64,000 nt of DNA from Epiperipatus broadwayi (lineage: Eukaryota > Animalia > Onychophora). The stretch is from the NCBI GenBank assembly GCA_028023455.1, contig JAQFVV010000008.1, positions 14,074,001 to 14,138,000 on the forward strand, written 5' to 3'. The position numbers and the translations under genes are program-made. The notes under the pieces are model-generated. The model saw nothing but the letters and a program-made list of their open reading frames with translations, searched no databases and was not told where the DNA came from. The stretch's first letter is position 1. Each line of letters begins with the position of its first letter. Positions 26,202 through 40,178 of the stretch are shown here, in pieces.

Positions 26202-27167
26202 CACCTGGGTCTCGTTTTACGCGATAGATAGGTTCCTCAGAAAACACGCGCAACGAAATCGTGCAAAAATAGACGTAACTTACCTTGAAAAGGGTGAGAT
26301 ACGGACTGTGATTTTTCAAAACTCGCGTAAAAGCAAAGCACCAACGTAAAATTTACTTTAAAATTCGTGCAAAAAAAAAATAAGGAAATAAAATATGACT
26401 AATAAAAAATTTCAAATTTGAAAAAAATTGATACAAGACAAACTTTTTTTAACTATAATATTTAATTTTATTCAAAACAATATATTTTTATGCATAATTT
26501 ACAGTAATTTATATTTTTTTATACACGTTTTAATTATTATCGCTATTTGCTGGTAAAAGGGTTCGTTTGCAAACTGATAAAAAAATCAGATTCTTCACAA
26601 GATGAAATACAACTAGCGCCAACGTCACTCTCATGTTGTGTTAATTAATGGTTTTCTGGTGACAACGTAATTAGTAATTAATCTAACAACTAAAAATTAA
26701 ATTCTTATTTTTGTCTTTAATTTTCAATTTTAATTGTGCCCACTGCTATTACTCATCTTTTAAAAATAAACTTGCGGACACTAAATGATTAATAATTGAT
26801 TAAACGTTCTTTTTTAAAAAGCAAAAACAGAATGTGATTTAAAATGCAAAATTAACACGCACAATGTTTGAACAAATTTACATTATAATCTTGTAAAATT
26901 TAATGTGTGTATACATAAAATGTGGAAATCATGATTTTAATTTCATTATTGCATAAAATCTTACTATTATAAAGCACTGAAAATATTGAAATTACTAAGT
27001 TGAAAGTCGAATTTCAATAATGTGATATTACTTTCAATATAACGTGAATGTGTGAAATTTATTATTTAAAGTAATAGCGCAATATCGGTGTTCGACTTCC
27101 GGTGAAACACGAATCGCGTAACTTCAAAATCGTGTTAAATAAGTCCGCATAAAAAGAGACCCAGGTG
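26202..27167. mobile_element. Tc1/mariner pogo/Tigger-like non-autonomous element
   Basis: TIR CACCTGGGTCTC (12 bp perfect, ~22 bp with two mismatches); TA TSD at 26200-26201 and 27168-27169; locally CpG-rich. Confidence 0.85.
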
Positions 27168-27445
27168 TACTTTTAATTTATAATATAAATATTAAATCTA
27201 ATTTTTATTTATAATACATTAGCTTATTTAATTTTGAACTATTATTTCAAAACTAACTTTTAGCACTTTATTTAATATGACTTTTACTATATTATTTCAC
27301 TATGGCCAGTTTTCCCAATCGTACAAAAATCATATTTAGCTTTACTTAGTTCTACAGCATTTATACTATTTTAAGTTTTCCCTTAATTTAAAATTTTTCA
27401 AAAATTGATTTAGTAAACCTATTTGGACCTAGTAAAAAGAGTACA

Positions 27446-29170
27446 ATATATATACCTCAGAGAGGATAACTTCCGGCAATGAGGACTTGAGAAGAATCTG
27501 GTGGTTGTAATCAGCCTAGGAATAGTGCATGAGTTAAGGTTTAGAGATAGTTTAAGGGATAAGACCAAGTGATCTGAGAAGACAATAGGTTGGAGTGAGG
27601 GGGATCAATTAGGAAATGTAGATCAGGTATATAATAGATGAGGTCTATCAGAGAGGCATGCTTCCTCATAAAAAAGGAAAAGGCATTCGGCAGGAAGAAA
27701 CCTTCCCCACTCATGAATCTCATGTTAAGGCAATGAATATATTTCGCAGTAAATTCCTGGTAGGAGGTATTAAAATCTCCGAGGGAAATAGTAGAGTAAG
27801 GGTTAGAGGCAAGCATGATATTGATCTGTTTAATTATCTACTGAATGAGCAATTCATTATGGTAGATATATATATATATTATGTTCAAAATAAAGGCCTT
27901 GTGGAATAGGGTTGCGATAATTGTATGTGGATTTATATAGTTGATTTTGAGGATTCAAATAGGTTATTATTGGAAATTAAGATTGCTACGCCAGCTGCAG
28001 ATGAAGGAGACACTGAGTGACAGAAGTAGCCAAGATTTCCAAGGAAGTTCAGGATTTTGGTACTTGAAAATTTGATTCATCTTGGTCCCAGAGAGACAAA
28101 CTATATGGGGAAGTATTGCTTGAACCATTTAGTCAATGCATCTACTCTATTCAGGGAATTGAGACCCCGGATATCCATTCCCGATACTTTGAGCATCATG
28201 TGGTGTTAATTTAATTGGAGAGACAAATTATTTTCATTCAACAGTAGGTGGAAGTTTTAAGGATGAAGGAATGAACCTTTAGTGGATATGTATTTGCAGA
28301 CTCAGCAATCTCTGGTCCTGCTAAGAGAACAGTTACTTGCTTTCCCTCTTGATGCACGGGATCACAGGCCATCCATGGAAGATACTCCAGCACATGCTAC
28401 ATGAGAATATATAGGCTAGCCACAGGTCTTCTCTTTTGATGAACACAAGCCATCAACAGATAACAGTGTTTCATTTATTACTTTAGAGTCCATTGATAGC
28501 TGTGACTTGTTATCATTGGTAGGATCAAGGGATTGAAACAGCTTACCAGGATCCTTATTGGACAAGTCACAATTGTTTCCTTGGCTATTAGTCTTGGGAA
28601 TGGGCTTACATTTTTTTCCTGGTTGCCAGGAGACAGGGGATCCAGTGTCTGAAGAGCTAACACTGTAGCTGTTTACTTTATTGGGGAAAATTTTGCCTTG
28701 GTTGATTTGGGGCATTTAAGAGGCAGTTGAGGTGCCTCCACTGAGCCGAATGATTCATTAAGTGCACTCATTGAGTGAGTAGGAGATAGCAAAGGGTTAG
28801 GCATAACTTCATTGACAAAAGCCAATTGAGGGTAGGCGATATTCTTCACCACTTCAGATGCTGCAAGATCAGACTTAGTAATGTATATATCTGTGGCCGG
28901 CACCATCAAAACAGTGTTATAATGATGCATTCTGTTTTTAATCCTTTTACAATTGTGACAGATTCTGGCTGGGCAGTCTCTCACCAAGTGGCTCCTCTGA
29001 TGGCAGAAGAAACATTGTGGAGGAATACCATGGAAATTGATGATAAGAGGAGAAGTCTCCACGTAATAGAGAATAGGAATGTCAGCGGGGTTTGATTCTT
29101 TATTCAGAGTGAGTTCAAAGGAAGCAGTGTTAGTGTATACTGGAAGATCTGCCCCCTTAATCATTTGGTA
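27446..29170 (-). mobile_element. L1/Tx1-like LINE, 5' part (ORF1 with CCHC knuckle, APE endonuclease); probably the same copy as 15230-17937
   Basis: ORF 28673-29164 contains CFFCHQRSHLVRDC; ORF 27541-27816 contains ISLGDFN and ASLIDLIY, with SDH frameshifted at ~27575. Collinear with the 3' part at 17937. Confidence 0.8.
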
Positions 29171-30628
29171 CCTAAAATTTGAGACTTTGCCATAGGGCCT
29201 AAGTAAGTTAGTTATAACTTCTTGTTGAATATTACTATCTTAACAATCATTATTGCTGAAATGTTTGAGCTGTGAAATCCTAGTTTTACTTCTCAAAATA
29301 ATGTTTAAATTTCATAAAGCATACTGCATTCAGCATCTTAATGGTTAGTACAAACATAAAATTTATTTTAATATCTTTTTATCACTATAATTTTTGAAAT
29401 TGTCATGACAATGAGATCGTAATTTATATAATAGCTATATATTCATTTTATCTCCTGAGAAATCATTGAGTACATCTAAATAGAAACTACCATCTTCATC
29501 AATCATTCTTTGCTATTGTTAATGTCACGGCTACTTCTTAATTTAATTGGCATATTATATACCAATTTATTTTCCAAAGCAATTAACATTGCCTTTATTA
29601 ATAAATGGTGTTACTCATCATAATGATTAAAAATATATTTACAGAGCCATTCAAGAATTATTTTGGCCTATGTCTTTACAGAACTTCAGTTTATTAATAA
29701 ACTGAGTATCTTAACAAAGGATATAATGTTTAGTAGTGAATTAGCAGGATCACTACTCTAATTTTTAATTAAATGTATGCATTTTAATAGTTTGAATTTT
29801 TTTTAAGCAGTTTTTGTTATTTTGTAACCATTAAAATATTTTCTCAGCTTATCACTTATATTTTTATATTAACATGTAAATCAACCTGAGAAATCTTCAC
29901 AAACACTTCATTTTATACCAAGCATATTAAATCAGTTATTTTAAAGAAAATTCATATAACTATAAAAAATAGAGTCATTTTTTGTACTGACAAATTTTAA
30001 TTAAAGTTTTGGCATTGATCATATTTTAGCCAGTTAAAAGTAGTTTGGATATGTGGAATGTAAAACTAACCCTAAATTGATTTTTTCAAGCATATCAAAT
30101 TTCATTTTAAAAAAAATGTCATGAGTACAATTTACATATTTGCTGATTTTTCTTTTGCAATTTTTAATTAACATAAAAAAAAAATGCAATGTCATTAATC
30201 CATTCTTCAACTCAGACTAATATGGAGAAATGGGGGTGGTAATGGAATGCATTATTAGTGGTGAATTTACTGACATGCTAAATTAACTGATTTCTGTTGT
30301 GCAATTTTGAATTGAGAATCATTTAAATGATTGGCTACATCTGTGAGAAATACAAGATCCTTAATTATCTTAATATTCAGTTCAGGGATAAGTTCCTCTT
30401 TTCTGAACCTTTACTTAATATTAAACTACTCATTGAAGTAGCCGCAGATCTGTATTCTCGGATTAGAATTCTAAAAAGTCTTTAAATCAGAAATGTTTAA
30501 ATTCACAAAATTTTATAAAATGCGTGCTTGAAATGATAACTAATGTTTTTATATTTATCATTGGAAATGGTGATGGGCATATTGATTTCAAGTTTTATCA
30601 ACTTGGCACATAAAATTTCTTTGAGGAT

Positions 30629-33442
30629 CATCATCATCAACCATTATCAATCCACTGCAAGATGAAGGTCTCTCCCAGTTCAATCCATCTTTTCCAATCT
30701 TTAATTTCTCTTCTCCACATCACTCCTGCACACTTTCTTATTTCATCCATCCATCTAACATGTGGTCTCTTTCTGGGTCTTTTATAATCTCTTGGAACCC
30801 AGTTTAAGATTTCAATTGTCCATCTATTATCATCTCTTCTAGCAATACATCCAGCCCAACTCCACTTCAATCTTTTAATTTTTTCAATGAGATCAGTAAC
30901 ACCTGTTTGTTTTCTTACCCATATATTGCATTTTCAATCTCTTCTTGTTACTCCCAACATGCATCTCTCCATACTTCTTTGAGTGATCTGAAGTCTCTGT
31001 ATTGCTCTTCTATTAAGTGTCCAAGTCTCAGATCCATAAGTAAGAACTGGTATTTGTTAAAAACCTTCCTTTTCAAACACATAGGGATACTTCCTTTTAG
31101 TATCAAGTTATTTCTATCAAAAGCACTCCAACCAAGTTTAATTCTATGATTAATTTCATTCATTATGTTTCCATCTGTATTAATATATTTCTACCAAAAG
31201 CACTACAACCAAGTTTAATTCTATGATTAATTTCATCCATTATGTTTCCATCTGTATTAATAATCTGACCAAGGTATTTGTAACTGTTAACTTCTTCTAA
31301 CTCGTCATAATCAATTTTTATTTTCATATTTTGAGAAAATCGATTAAACATTACTTTAGTCTTTTTAACATTTATCTTTAGTCCTACTTTCATCTGATAA
31401 CTCCTGCAACATTTCCTGCAGCTCTAAAGCATTATTTGCAAAAACAACTACATCATCTGCAAAATCTAAATGACTTAAATAATCTCCATTTACTTTCACT
31501 CCTTTAGCTTCCCATTTTAATCCATAAAATACTTCTTGTAGCACTGCTGTAAAATGTTTTGGAGATATGGAGTCACCCTGTCTTACATCCTTTCTTAATG
31601 TTGACTTTCCCAGTATCATTATGTAATCTAATTGTTGCTGTTGCATTTTTATAAATATTTTTTAAAATATGACAATATTCTGGATCTATACCTTGATGAT
31701 CCAATGCTTTAATCACTGAAGAAATGTTTGTAGAATCAAATGCCTTTTCATAATCTACAAATCCAAAACATAATGGCATCTCATATTCATTTGTCCTTTC
31801 TATAACTTCTCTTAATACCTGGATATGATCTACTGTACTAAAACCACATTTAAATCCAGCTTGTTCTCTTGGATGGTGGAAATCCAATGTTCTTTGTAGA
31901 TGAGTTGTAATTATCTTGGTAAAATTTTTATATAAAACTGATAAAAGGCTGATAGGTTCTGTAATTTCTAATATCTTCTTTAACCCCTTTCTTAAATATT
32001 AATATTAATACTGCATTCTTCCAATCATCTGGTACATCTTTATCATTTAGACATTGGTATATAACTTTGCTAAAAAGTTTCTATTTCTTCACCTGCTTCT
32101 TTTAATATATCAATTATAATTCCATCATTATCTGGAGCCTTTCCTTTCTTCATATATTTCATTGCATGTCTCACTTCTTCATTTAAAATTCTGGGCAATT
32201 TAGAAGATGTAACAGATATAGGAGGTACTTGTTCTTTATTACTATATAATTCTTGATAAAAGTCTTCTACCCATTTCATGATGTCATTTCTTTTTTTAGT
32301 AATAATTCCATCTTTTTTTCTTATTGCAGATATAAATTTCCTATCAATACCAAAATGTTATTTTACATTCTTGAGTCTTTTATTTTCTTCTACAGCTTTC
32401 CTTGCTAGTTCACAGTTATACTCTCTTATATCATTTTCAATTCTTTTCCACACCATTTTACAAAATTCAAGATATTCAATCCTTTTTAATGCATCATTTT
32501 TGTATACCTTCATATTCATTCTTTTCTTCATAAATTCTCTAGTCTCAGTTGGTCAATTGTTGCTTTTTTCTACCAGCTATCTTTGTTGCAGTTTTTAAAA
32601 ATGTATCAATTATTTTCATATTAATTTCATTCAAATATCAATCATGTTCAAAATCTACTAGTACTTGAAACCGATTTGTAAGTTCTAATTTAAATTCATT
32701 AGAATGTTTCTGAAGATTAGGAATATCAACTGTAAATATTATTTTTCTTAATAATTTTTGTCTCTCTAGTTTTGCATTAACACGTATCTTACACCTTACT
32801 AATCGATGATCACTTCCTGTGTTAAATTTATTAAGAACATTACAATCTTGAAATATGTATTTTCTGTTAGTCAAAATATAATTCAATTCTACTGTACCTT
32901 CATTTGGATGCTTCCATGTCCATTTCCTTTTAACATTTTTTTTCAAAAAAAGAATTCATAATATAAAGTTTTTCTTTTTCTGCAAACTCCACAAGTCTAT
33001 CTCCTCTCTCATTTCTATTACCATAACCAAAATTACCTACAGCACTTTCATCTTTCATTTGTTTACCAATTCTAGCATTAAAGTCTCCTGTAACATTTTT
33101 AAAATGTTGTTTACTCTGATCAAATGCCTTTTGTATATCCATATAAAAATCTTCTACTACTACTTCATCACTATGAGAACTTGTTGTGGCATAAACCTAA
33201 TTATCTGCATTTGGTATCTGCTATTAAGTTGTATAACTAATCTTGCCACTCTGTCCAATACATCATCAATCTCCATAATGTTGTTCTTCCACTTTTTATT
33301 TATAATGAATCCTACTCCACTTGTAATTTCAATATTTGTGCCTTTGTAATAGAATACATGTTCACTTTTAATTCATCTCTTCACCTTTTCTTCTAACTTC
33401 ATTCGAAATGGTGATGGGCATCTTCACCTTTCCTTCTAACTT
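30629..33442 (-). mobile_element. RTE-clade LINE (endonuclease + RT), slightly 5'-truncated, with (TGA)n tail and ~70-bp TSD
   Basis: TGDFNARIG, SDHRLV, ELTNRFQVL, KAPDNDGI, QAGFKCGFSTVDHI, FVDYEKAFD, VRQGDSISPK, LDFADDVV, YKYLGQII, FILQWIDNG* then GATGATGAT. Direct repeats at 30559-30628 and 33443-33511; internal ~77-bp duplication near 31130-31260. Confidence 0.95.
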
Positions 33443-35306
33443 CATTGGAAATGGGATGGGCATATTGATTTCAAGTTTTATCAACTTGGCACATAAAATT
33501 TTTTTGAGGATAATAGCAGTGAAATAAGGCAAAATTGTTGGAGATGGATTAATTAAGAAATCAAAAGACTAATCATTTAAAAAGTATGATAAACTGCCTT
33601 CAGTCCTGCATATATATACAAATATTCTTTAAGGTTTTTCACAGTTGTCACAATTCATTTATAATTAATGAAAACAGAAAGTAAATATTTTAAAATTTAA
33701 ATTAATTTTTAATAATTAATAGTATGAGAAATTACTCCTTTCTATCTGAATTGTTAGTAATATAATAATGTGTGTGCAGATATGGGTATACATGTATATA
33801 TAGTCGATTATAAAGAGATATTTTATTAAAATTACTACTGCATACCTGAATAAACTATCCTTTACTGAGTACACTAAAAAATTTACATATTGTAAGCCTG
33901 CATTGAACTTTTATTAAACATATGCAAAACTATTTAGATTTATGCAGGTAGTACTGATATATAAACTGCAGATCATCTAATTATCTGTGTGTTCGTGCAA
34001 GATGTTCTGATAAGATAACACAGAACTGAACTGTTGCAGTAAAACTATTTACACATACACCATTGGAAGATAATTCTACAAGTAGAAATTTTCTTCTCTG
34101 AGAAAATTAACACTTTAATTTTCATATGTTTATATATATTTTATCTTCTTATGAATAAATTCTTGTTAAGTTTTATTTGTGTTAAATGTGTTTTTTGTTT
34201 CATTAGTGATGAATTATGGCTAGTATTGTAAATAATATTTCTGGGAAGTACATCAGATTATCTGCAGTTGTTAAGAGACCTCCAACAGTGCTGCAGTTGG
34301 CAGAAAATCTTGTGGAAACTAATAGATTGGCACAGTTATCAATTAGTAAAGAAGTATTCAAGCATTGAATCTGATGTAATGGCAGTAAAGAATAATGGTG
34401 TATGTGATAATTCGTTGTTAGCAATGTAGTGGAATGGTACCTTTAGATGAAACTCATAGAGGTATATGCTGATGAATAGTATAGAGTAAATATAGCAAAG
34501 CTTAGGTGGCTGGCAAGTGGAAAATCAGCCCTGTGAATTGAAACCTTCTGAAGAAGTACCATATCTAGAATTACAAGAAGAGTGCATATTTTCAACCTGC
34601 AATATTGAAATGGGTGCATGCTTGAGATTTGGAAATAGGAGCCAAGTATCATGTGAGAAATATCAACATTATGACATGGCTTTATGAACATTCACTAAAG
34701 TGTATAACTTTGCGCTACGTTCAACATGCTTTTCGATCAAGTGCTATGTTGAATAACCACCAATAAGTTAAGAAAATTTCTGGGTGCTAAAACTGTCATA
34801 ATTGAGAAATGTATAGCCCATGAAATAATTATAGAAGACACTGTGGAATTTTAATATTTTAACGACATGCCCAAATTTCTAATGGTAGTAAAACAGACTG
34901 CAAACTTGAAATCCAATGAAGACCTGTGTGTATTACTGCTATGATGAAAAGAGTCATATGAAGAAAAGCTGTAGGTTTAAACATAAAAAATATCATACAT
35001 ATGCATAACTGGGTGATTTCTCACATGTCTGTTGCTCACAAGACAAGAATAGTAATATGCATTTATGTATGGACTCCAAATTGTTGGATGGCAGTGTTAA
35101 GAAAACTGACATAAAGAAAGTAAATGATGTCAACAATAATCACATTATTCTGGATATACATATATATGAACAAAAAATTAATATGGAGATTTATAATATT
35201 GCAGGGTTGACCCTAGTTTTACAGCAGGATTGGAAAAAAGTAGTTTGAAAGTGTAAAAGGAGGGTTACACTAATATAAATTGTAATAGAATAGAAATATG
35301 CAAGAA

Positions 35307-37280
35307 AGTTGTATTTATTTATTGGACTATTTTTATCATCTACTATAAGTACTGAAAGTCTTTAGAAAAATTTAACTTTATTTAAATACTGTATTTCAAA
35401 TACATTCAACTGTTAGTAATAGCACACAAGTTAGGATTTGCACAACATTTTGAGAGGTATTATTCTCCTTTCTTCTTCTAGTGTTGCTGGCTTGACCAGT
35501 GCAATACTAGCATGAGAATTGAACCTGGACCTTTAGATTCTTGAATATTGAAATTTTAAGATAACACTCTAACAAACTGAGTCATCCTGCCAAAGGCAAC
35601 AGTCAGTAGAAATTTCATATGCTTATCTATGAGATTCCACTTGATTTTTCCAATTTTTCTTAAGAGCAAATTGATTAGTGGCTTCCATACATTATGTATA
35701 ATCACACTATGTTGACTTGTTTTGCTGTTCACCATGGTCATGGGAGCAGCTTCTTTAGATTTTCTTCTTTTTATCTTCTCCAATATTTTTGTATTTTCCT
35801 AATTAAACATATGTTAATTGGTACATACATGGTCTGCTATCTTAGACACATCTGTTTTCTCTCTTCTAATTATCAGTTTGTGTTTTTTCAAGTGCTTTTC
35901 AATGGGATAATTGGTCTCACCAATATATATGTTCTTCCACATTCACATGGTATTTCATATCCACCTAAAGTTTGTCTTCTCTTTGTAGATGATACATTTG
36001 TTGTATGGACACATGGTGAAACACTCCTACAAACTTCTTGGAAACACATCAACAACATAACACCTTCAATTAAATTCATAATGGAATCAAAGCAAGAACA
36101 AAAATTGGTATTTTTAGGTGCTTGTGATAAGACTCATTCATGGAAAAATCAAAACTACAGTTTACAGAAAACCCACACATACAGGAAAATACTTAGCCTA
36201 TGCATCCAATCACACCAGAAACACTAAACATGGATTTATACTATGACTATGGAACAAAGCAAAAGAAGTTTGTTCAGAAACCAGTGATTTGAAAAAAGAA
36301 AAGATCTATATAGAACAAACCCTTATGAAAAAGTTATCCATCAGCTGTGATCAAGAAAAACTTAAATAGGCAATAAAAAGAACCATCAAAAGCGAAAACA
36401 TGGAGAGTTAAGGGTCATGTGAAAGTCTGAGTTCAAATCCCTTATATATTACACTATATATGTGCAGGTGAGTGTAAGCCTGTACAGTGTATTAAATTAA
36501 AAATAGAAGACAAATTGAAGAAAATCTGCAAGCAGTATAACATCAGAACGATTTTCCAGAGCCATGCCACATTATGAGAAATTTTAACATCTACAAAGTC
36601 TAAACTTGAAATGCTGAAAAGAAAAACTACATCTCTGAAATACCATGTGACTGTGGAAGAACATATATTGGTGAGACCAGTTATTCCATTGAAAAGTGCT
36701 TGCAAGAACACAAAGTGACGATTACAAAAGAAAACAGATGTGACTAAGGTAGCAGACTATGTATGTATCAATGAACATATGTTCAATTGGGAAAATGCAA
36801 AGGTATTGGATAGAAAAGAAAAGGTATAATGAATAAAATTTAAAGAAGGTGTTCACATGACAATGGCGAACAATCCCATAAATCAACCTAGGGTGACTAT
36901 ACATAATGTATAGAAACCACTAATCAACTTTGTTCTTAAGAAAAAGTGGAGAAATCAGGAGGAATTTTATACATAGATGTATGAAATTTCTACTGATTGT
37001 TGCCTTAGGCAGGATAGCCCAGATGGTTAGAGAGTTACCTTAAAATTCAATATTCAAGAATCTAAGGGTCCAGATTTATTTCCCATGCTAGTAATGGCCG
37101 TAGTCAGGCCAGCAACACCTGAAGAAGAGGGAAGACTAATATCTCTCGAAATGGTGTGCATATAGTAATCTGTATGAGATTACTAACAGTTGAATGTATT
37201 GGAATATTTAAATAAAGTTAAATTTTTCTAAAGACATTCAGTACTTAGATGATGAAAATAATTTCATATAAATACAACTA
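35307..37280 (+). mobile_element. Penelope-like element (RT C-terminus + GIY-YIG + 3' terminal repeat) with a 5' inverted copy
   Basis: FVDDTFVVWTHGE...PSIKFIME...FLG (PLE RT); EIPCDCGRTYIGETSY...LQEH (GIY-YIG). ~35307-35980 is an inverted copy of ~36570-37280. Sits between the Gypsy protease and RT regions. Confidence 0.88.
37116..37159 (+). ncRNA. Degenerate minimal type I hammerhead ribozyme in the PLE terminal repeat (inverted copy at 35440-35484, minus)
   Basis: CAC CUGAAGA A GAGGGA agacuaaua UCUCUC GAAA UGGU GUG: core and 6-bp stem II intact; stem III decayed from an inferred AACGUU. Confidence 0.55.
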
Positions 37281-40050
37281 AAATACCATCAATACAAATA
37301 TGCAGGAAAAGAGAGCTACCTCTTTATATCATGAAGCATGAGCTGGTTTAAACCATTGGGAATTTGGATTGATAGTAAATAAAGCACACCCAATTGCTAT
37401 AGATCATATAGGTCCCATTTACATTAAGCTCAAAAGTAGAACCAGTTCACAAGCTGGTTAAAAGAGGTATATTAACTTTGATAAAAAGGCTGTCTTGGCC
37501 CTCTCTAGTTATGGTTATTTTAAAGTCAGATGGGACTATCCACCAATGTTAAGATTACTGAGTAATGCTCAATAATTACATTAATAAGAAAGTTTATTGG
37601 GCACCTAATGTGCAAGAGATAATAGAGTTGTTGCAGAAAGCAAAATTTTTCTGCTAACATTGACTTGAAATCCATGTTGCACTCATCTATAGTTACTTAA
37701 GTGCAATAAATTTTTTTATAGAATCACAATTGCACCAAATCTATTTCAGGCTAAAATGGATAATTTATTTCAGGATGTGGAAGATGTTATTCCTTATCTT
37801 AATGATATTTTATTATTTGCTGAAACGAAGTGAAGGATCAGCATGCATATTTAATGTCTGCAAGAAATTGGATAAAACTAGTGTGAGATTAAATGTTGTT
37901 AAATATATTTGATCCACCATTAAAAATTAAATTTCTATTACATGTAATTAATGATAAAGGAAAGCATTCTAATCCAGAAAAGGTGAGAATAGTAAAAAAA
38001 TGCTGCAAAATCAATTTTCATGTATAATTTCTTTTCGGGAATTTTCTGAAAAGTGCATATTACTACATTGTATCATCTATTAAGAAAGAGATAGTGGAAA
38101 TGAAATGCAGAGCTCAAAAGTGCTTTCAACAGGGCCATGGTTCTGTTGACTGTGATCAGATACTTGTCCATTATTGTAAGGATTAAGAACTCATTGTTAC
38201 AATTGATGTCTCTGAATAAGGATTAGAGATGATAATATTATATCTCTGTTATGGAGGTGAATCTCTATAATAACTTCTGCTTCAAAGAACATTGAGTGCT
38301 GTAAAAAGGAACTACAGTCAGCTTGATAAAAATACTTTGGCAATAATATATGCTGTGAAAGAATTCCAGCAGTACGTTTATGGATGTGAGTTTAAAATTT
38401 TACAGATCGCCATGTGTTCATAGGTGTACTTGGAAATATGAAGAAAACTCGTGAACATGCTAGTCAAAGAATGGTCTACTGTTTAACATAATAGCGATAT
38501 ATGATTTCAAGATGTAAAAAAAATAGCCATTAGGTTGCACTATCAAGATTACCAGATACATGTGAATTGAAGAATAAAATTATAGAGGTCAATTATGTAA
38601 TCTCATGAAAAACAATATGTGAAACAGCACAGTAGTAGCTAAATGGACTAAAAGAGATGTTGGCTAGCAAACTTTAGAGAAATGGATTAAACATGGTTGG
38701 CCTAACAAGTGCCCTATATGGCAAAATCTATTTTGAAAAGCATGTGAGAGCCTGCCTATGTGTAATAATTATGTCCTAATGACTGAACATATACTTAAAC
38801 CAACTGAAGACAGAAAACAAGTACTAGTTTTACTTCATAAAGGGCACCTGGGAATACTGAGAATGAAAGAGTTAGCATGGTAATGCATATGGAGGCTTTT
38901 ATATGTGTCCAGGAGTTGAGCAGACATTTAAACATTGCAGAAACTGCCAATTCATCACTAAGTTGCTGCCAAGAAAACTTTTCTTGGTTTAAAACCCCCT
39001 AACTATGACAGAGACTATTTGAATTATGCTGGTCCATTCAATGATTGCATTTTCTGGTAGCTATAGATTTATATTCTAATAAGTATAAAATTGTTAAAAG
39101 CACAAATGTGGATAATACCATTAAAGCTTTGAAAGAAATATTTTTGTACCTTGGATATCCCCAAACTATATTGTCCAATAATAGAGCTGGTTTAGTGTCT
39201 ACATTATCCCAAAACTTTTTGGTTACTAAGAGGATGCATCATATATTCACACTGCCTAGTCAATTTGCCTAGCTGAAAAAGCAGTGCAGCACTTTAAGCC
39301 CACCTTAAATAATAGTTCATATAAAGATATTAGTGAAGCTTTAACTGATGCAATGTTTTATTAGCATTTCACTGCCTGTATATTTGCTAAAAGGACACCA
39401 AATGAATTGCTAATGTTTTGGAAGTCTCTAACACAGTTCAGTAGTAGTACCTACTAAGAATAAATCAAAACATATTTGGATAAAATTGGTGACACTATAT
39501 CGATATACGATATTCTTGGGGGACGGGGGGTGGGGTTCCTAGAATGAATTCTAAAAGTTATTCAAAGAAAATTAAGAATAGTTCGGATGTCTAATGGAAA
39601 TGAATGAGAAGACATACTAATCATTTGAGAGTGTCAAACCAAGTTATTAGAGATGATAAACATCAGTACACATCCTTTCTATGTTTAATGAAGAGATTAC
39701 ATTAATAAAAAAGGACAGTGCAGACACAGCACAAGAGTCACCAGGCATATAGTTATCAAGTGAGAAACAGTTAAAATTGATTGAGCTGAAATGAATAATT
39801 AATTTAGTGAGCCAGAAATTTTACCAATGGGAACGCCTGCTTCAAATACAGCCTCAATAAGAAGATATAGAAAGGAGTCACATAAAGAAGAAAGGTCTAT
39901 ACTTCTGCAGACCCCAAAGATTACAGAATTACATTTGTGACTAAATGATAATTTTCTAGTATGAGAGGAGGAGTTTGAACTGTTTGTGATAATATAAATG
40001 TAAATATGTGAGGATATGAATATACATGTATATATAGCAGATTATAAAAT

Positions 40051-40178
40051 GCTCTGCATAGTTTGAGTAGTTAGTAGTGCAATCTAACTTTGGATTGGGA
40101 AGTCTCAGGATCGATTCTGGAGCTGAATCTTCTTATGACCTCCTGAGCAATAAAACCATAAGTTTTTTTTTTTTTAAC
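40051..40178 (+). mobile_element. tRNA-derived SINE-like insertion in the Gypsy 3' LTR
   Basis: Absent from the 5' LTR; A-box-like TAGTTTGAGTAG; B-box-like GGATCGATTCT; T13 tail; flanking TAAAAT repeat (40045-40050 / 40179-40184). Confidence 0.5.
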
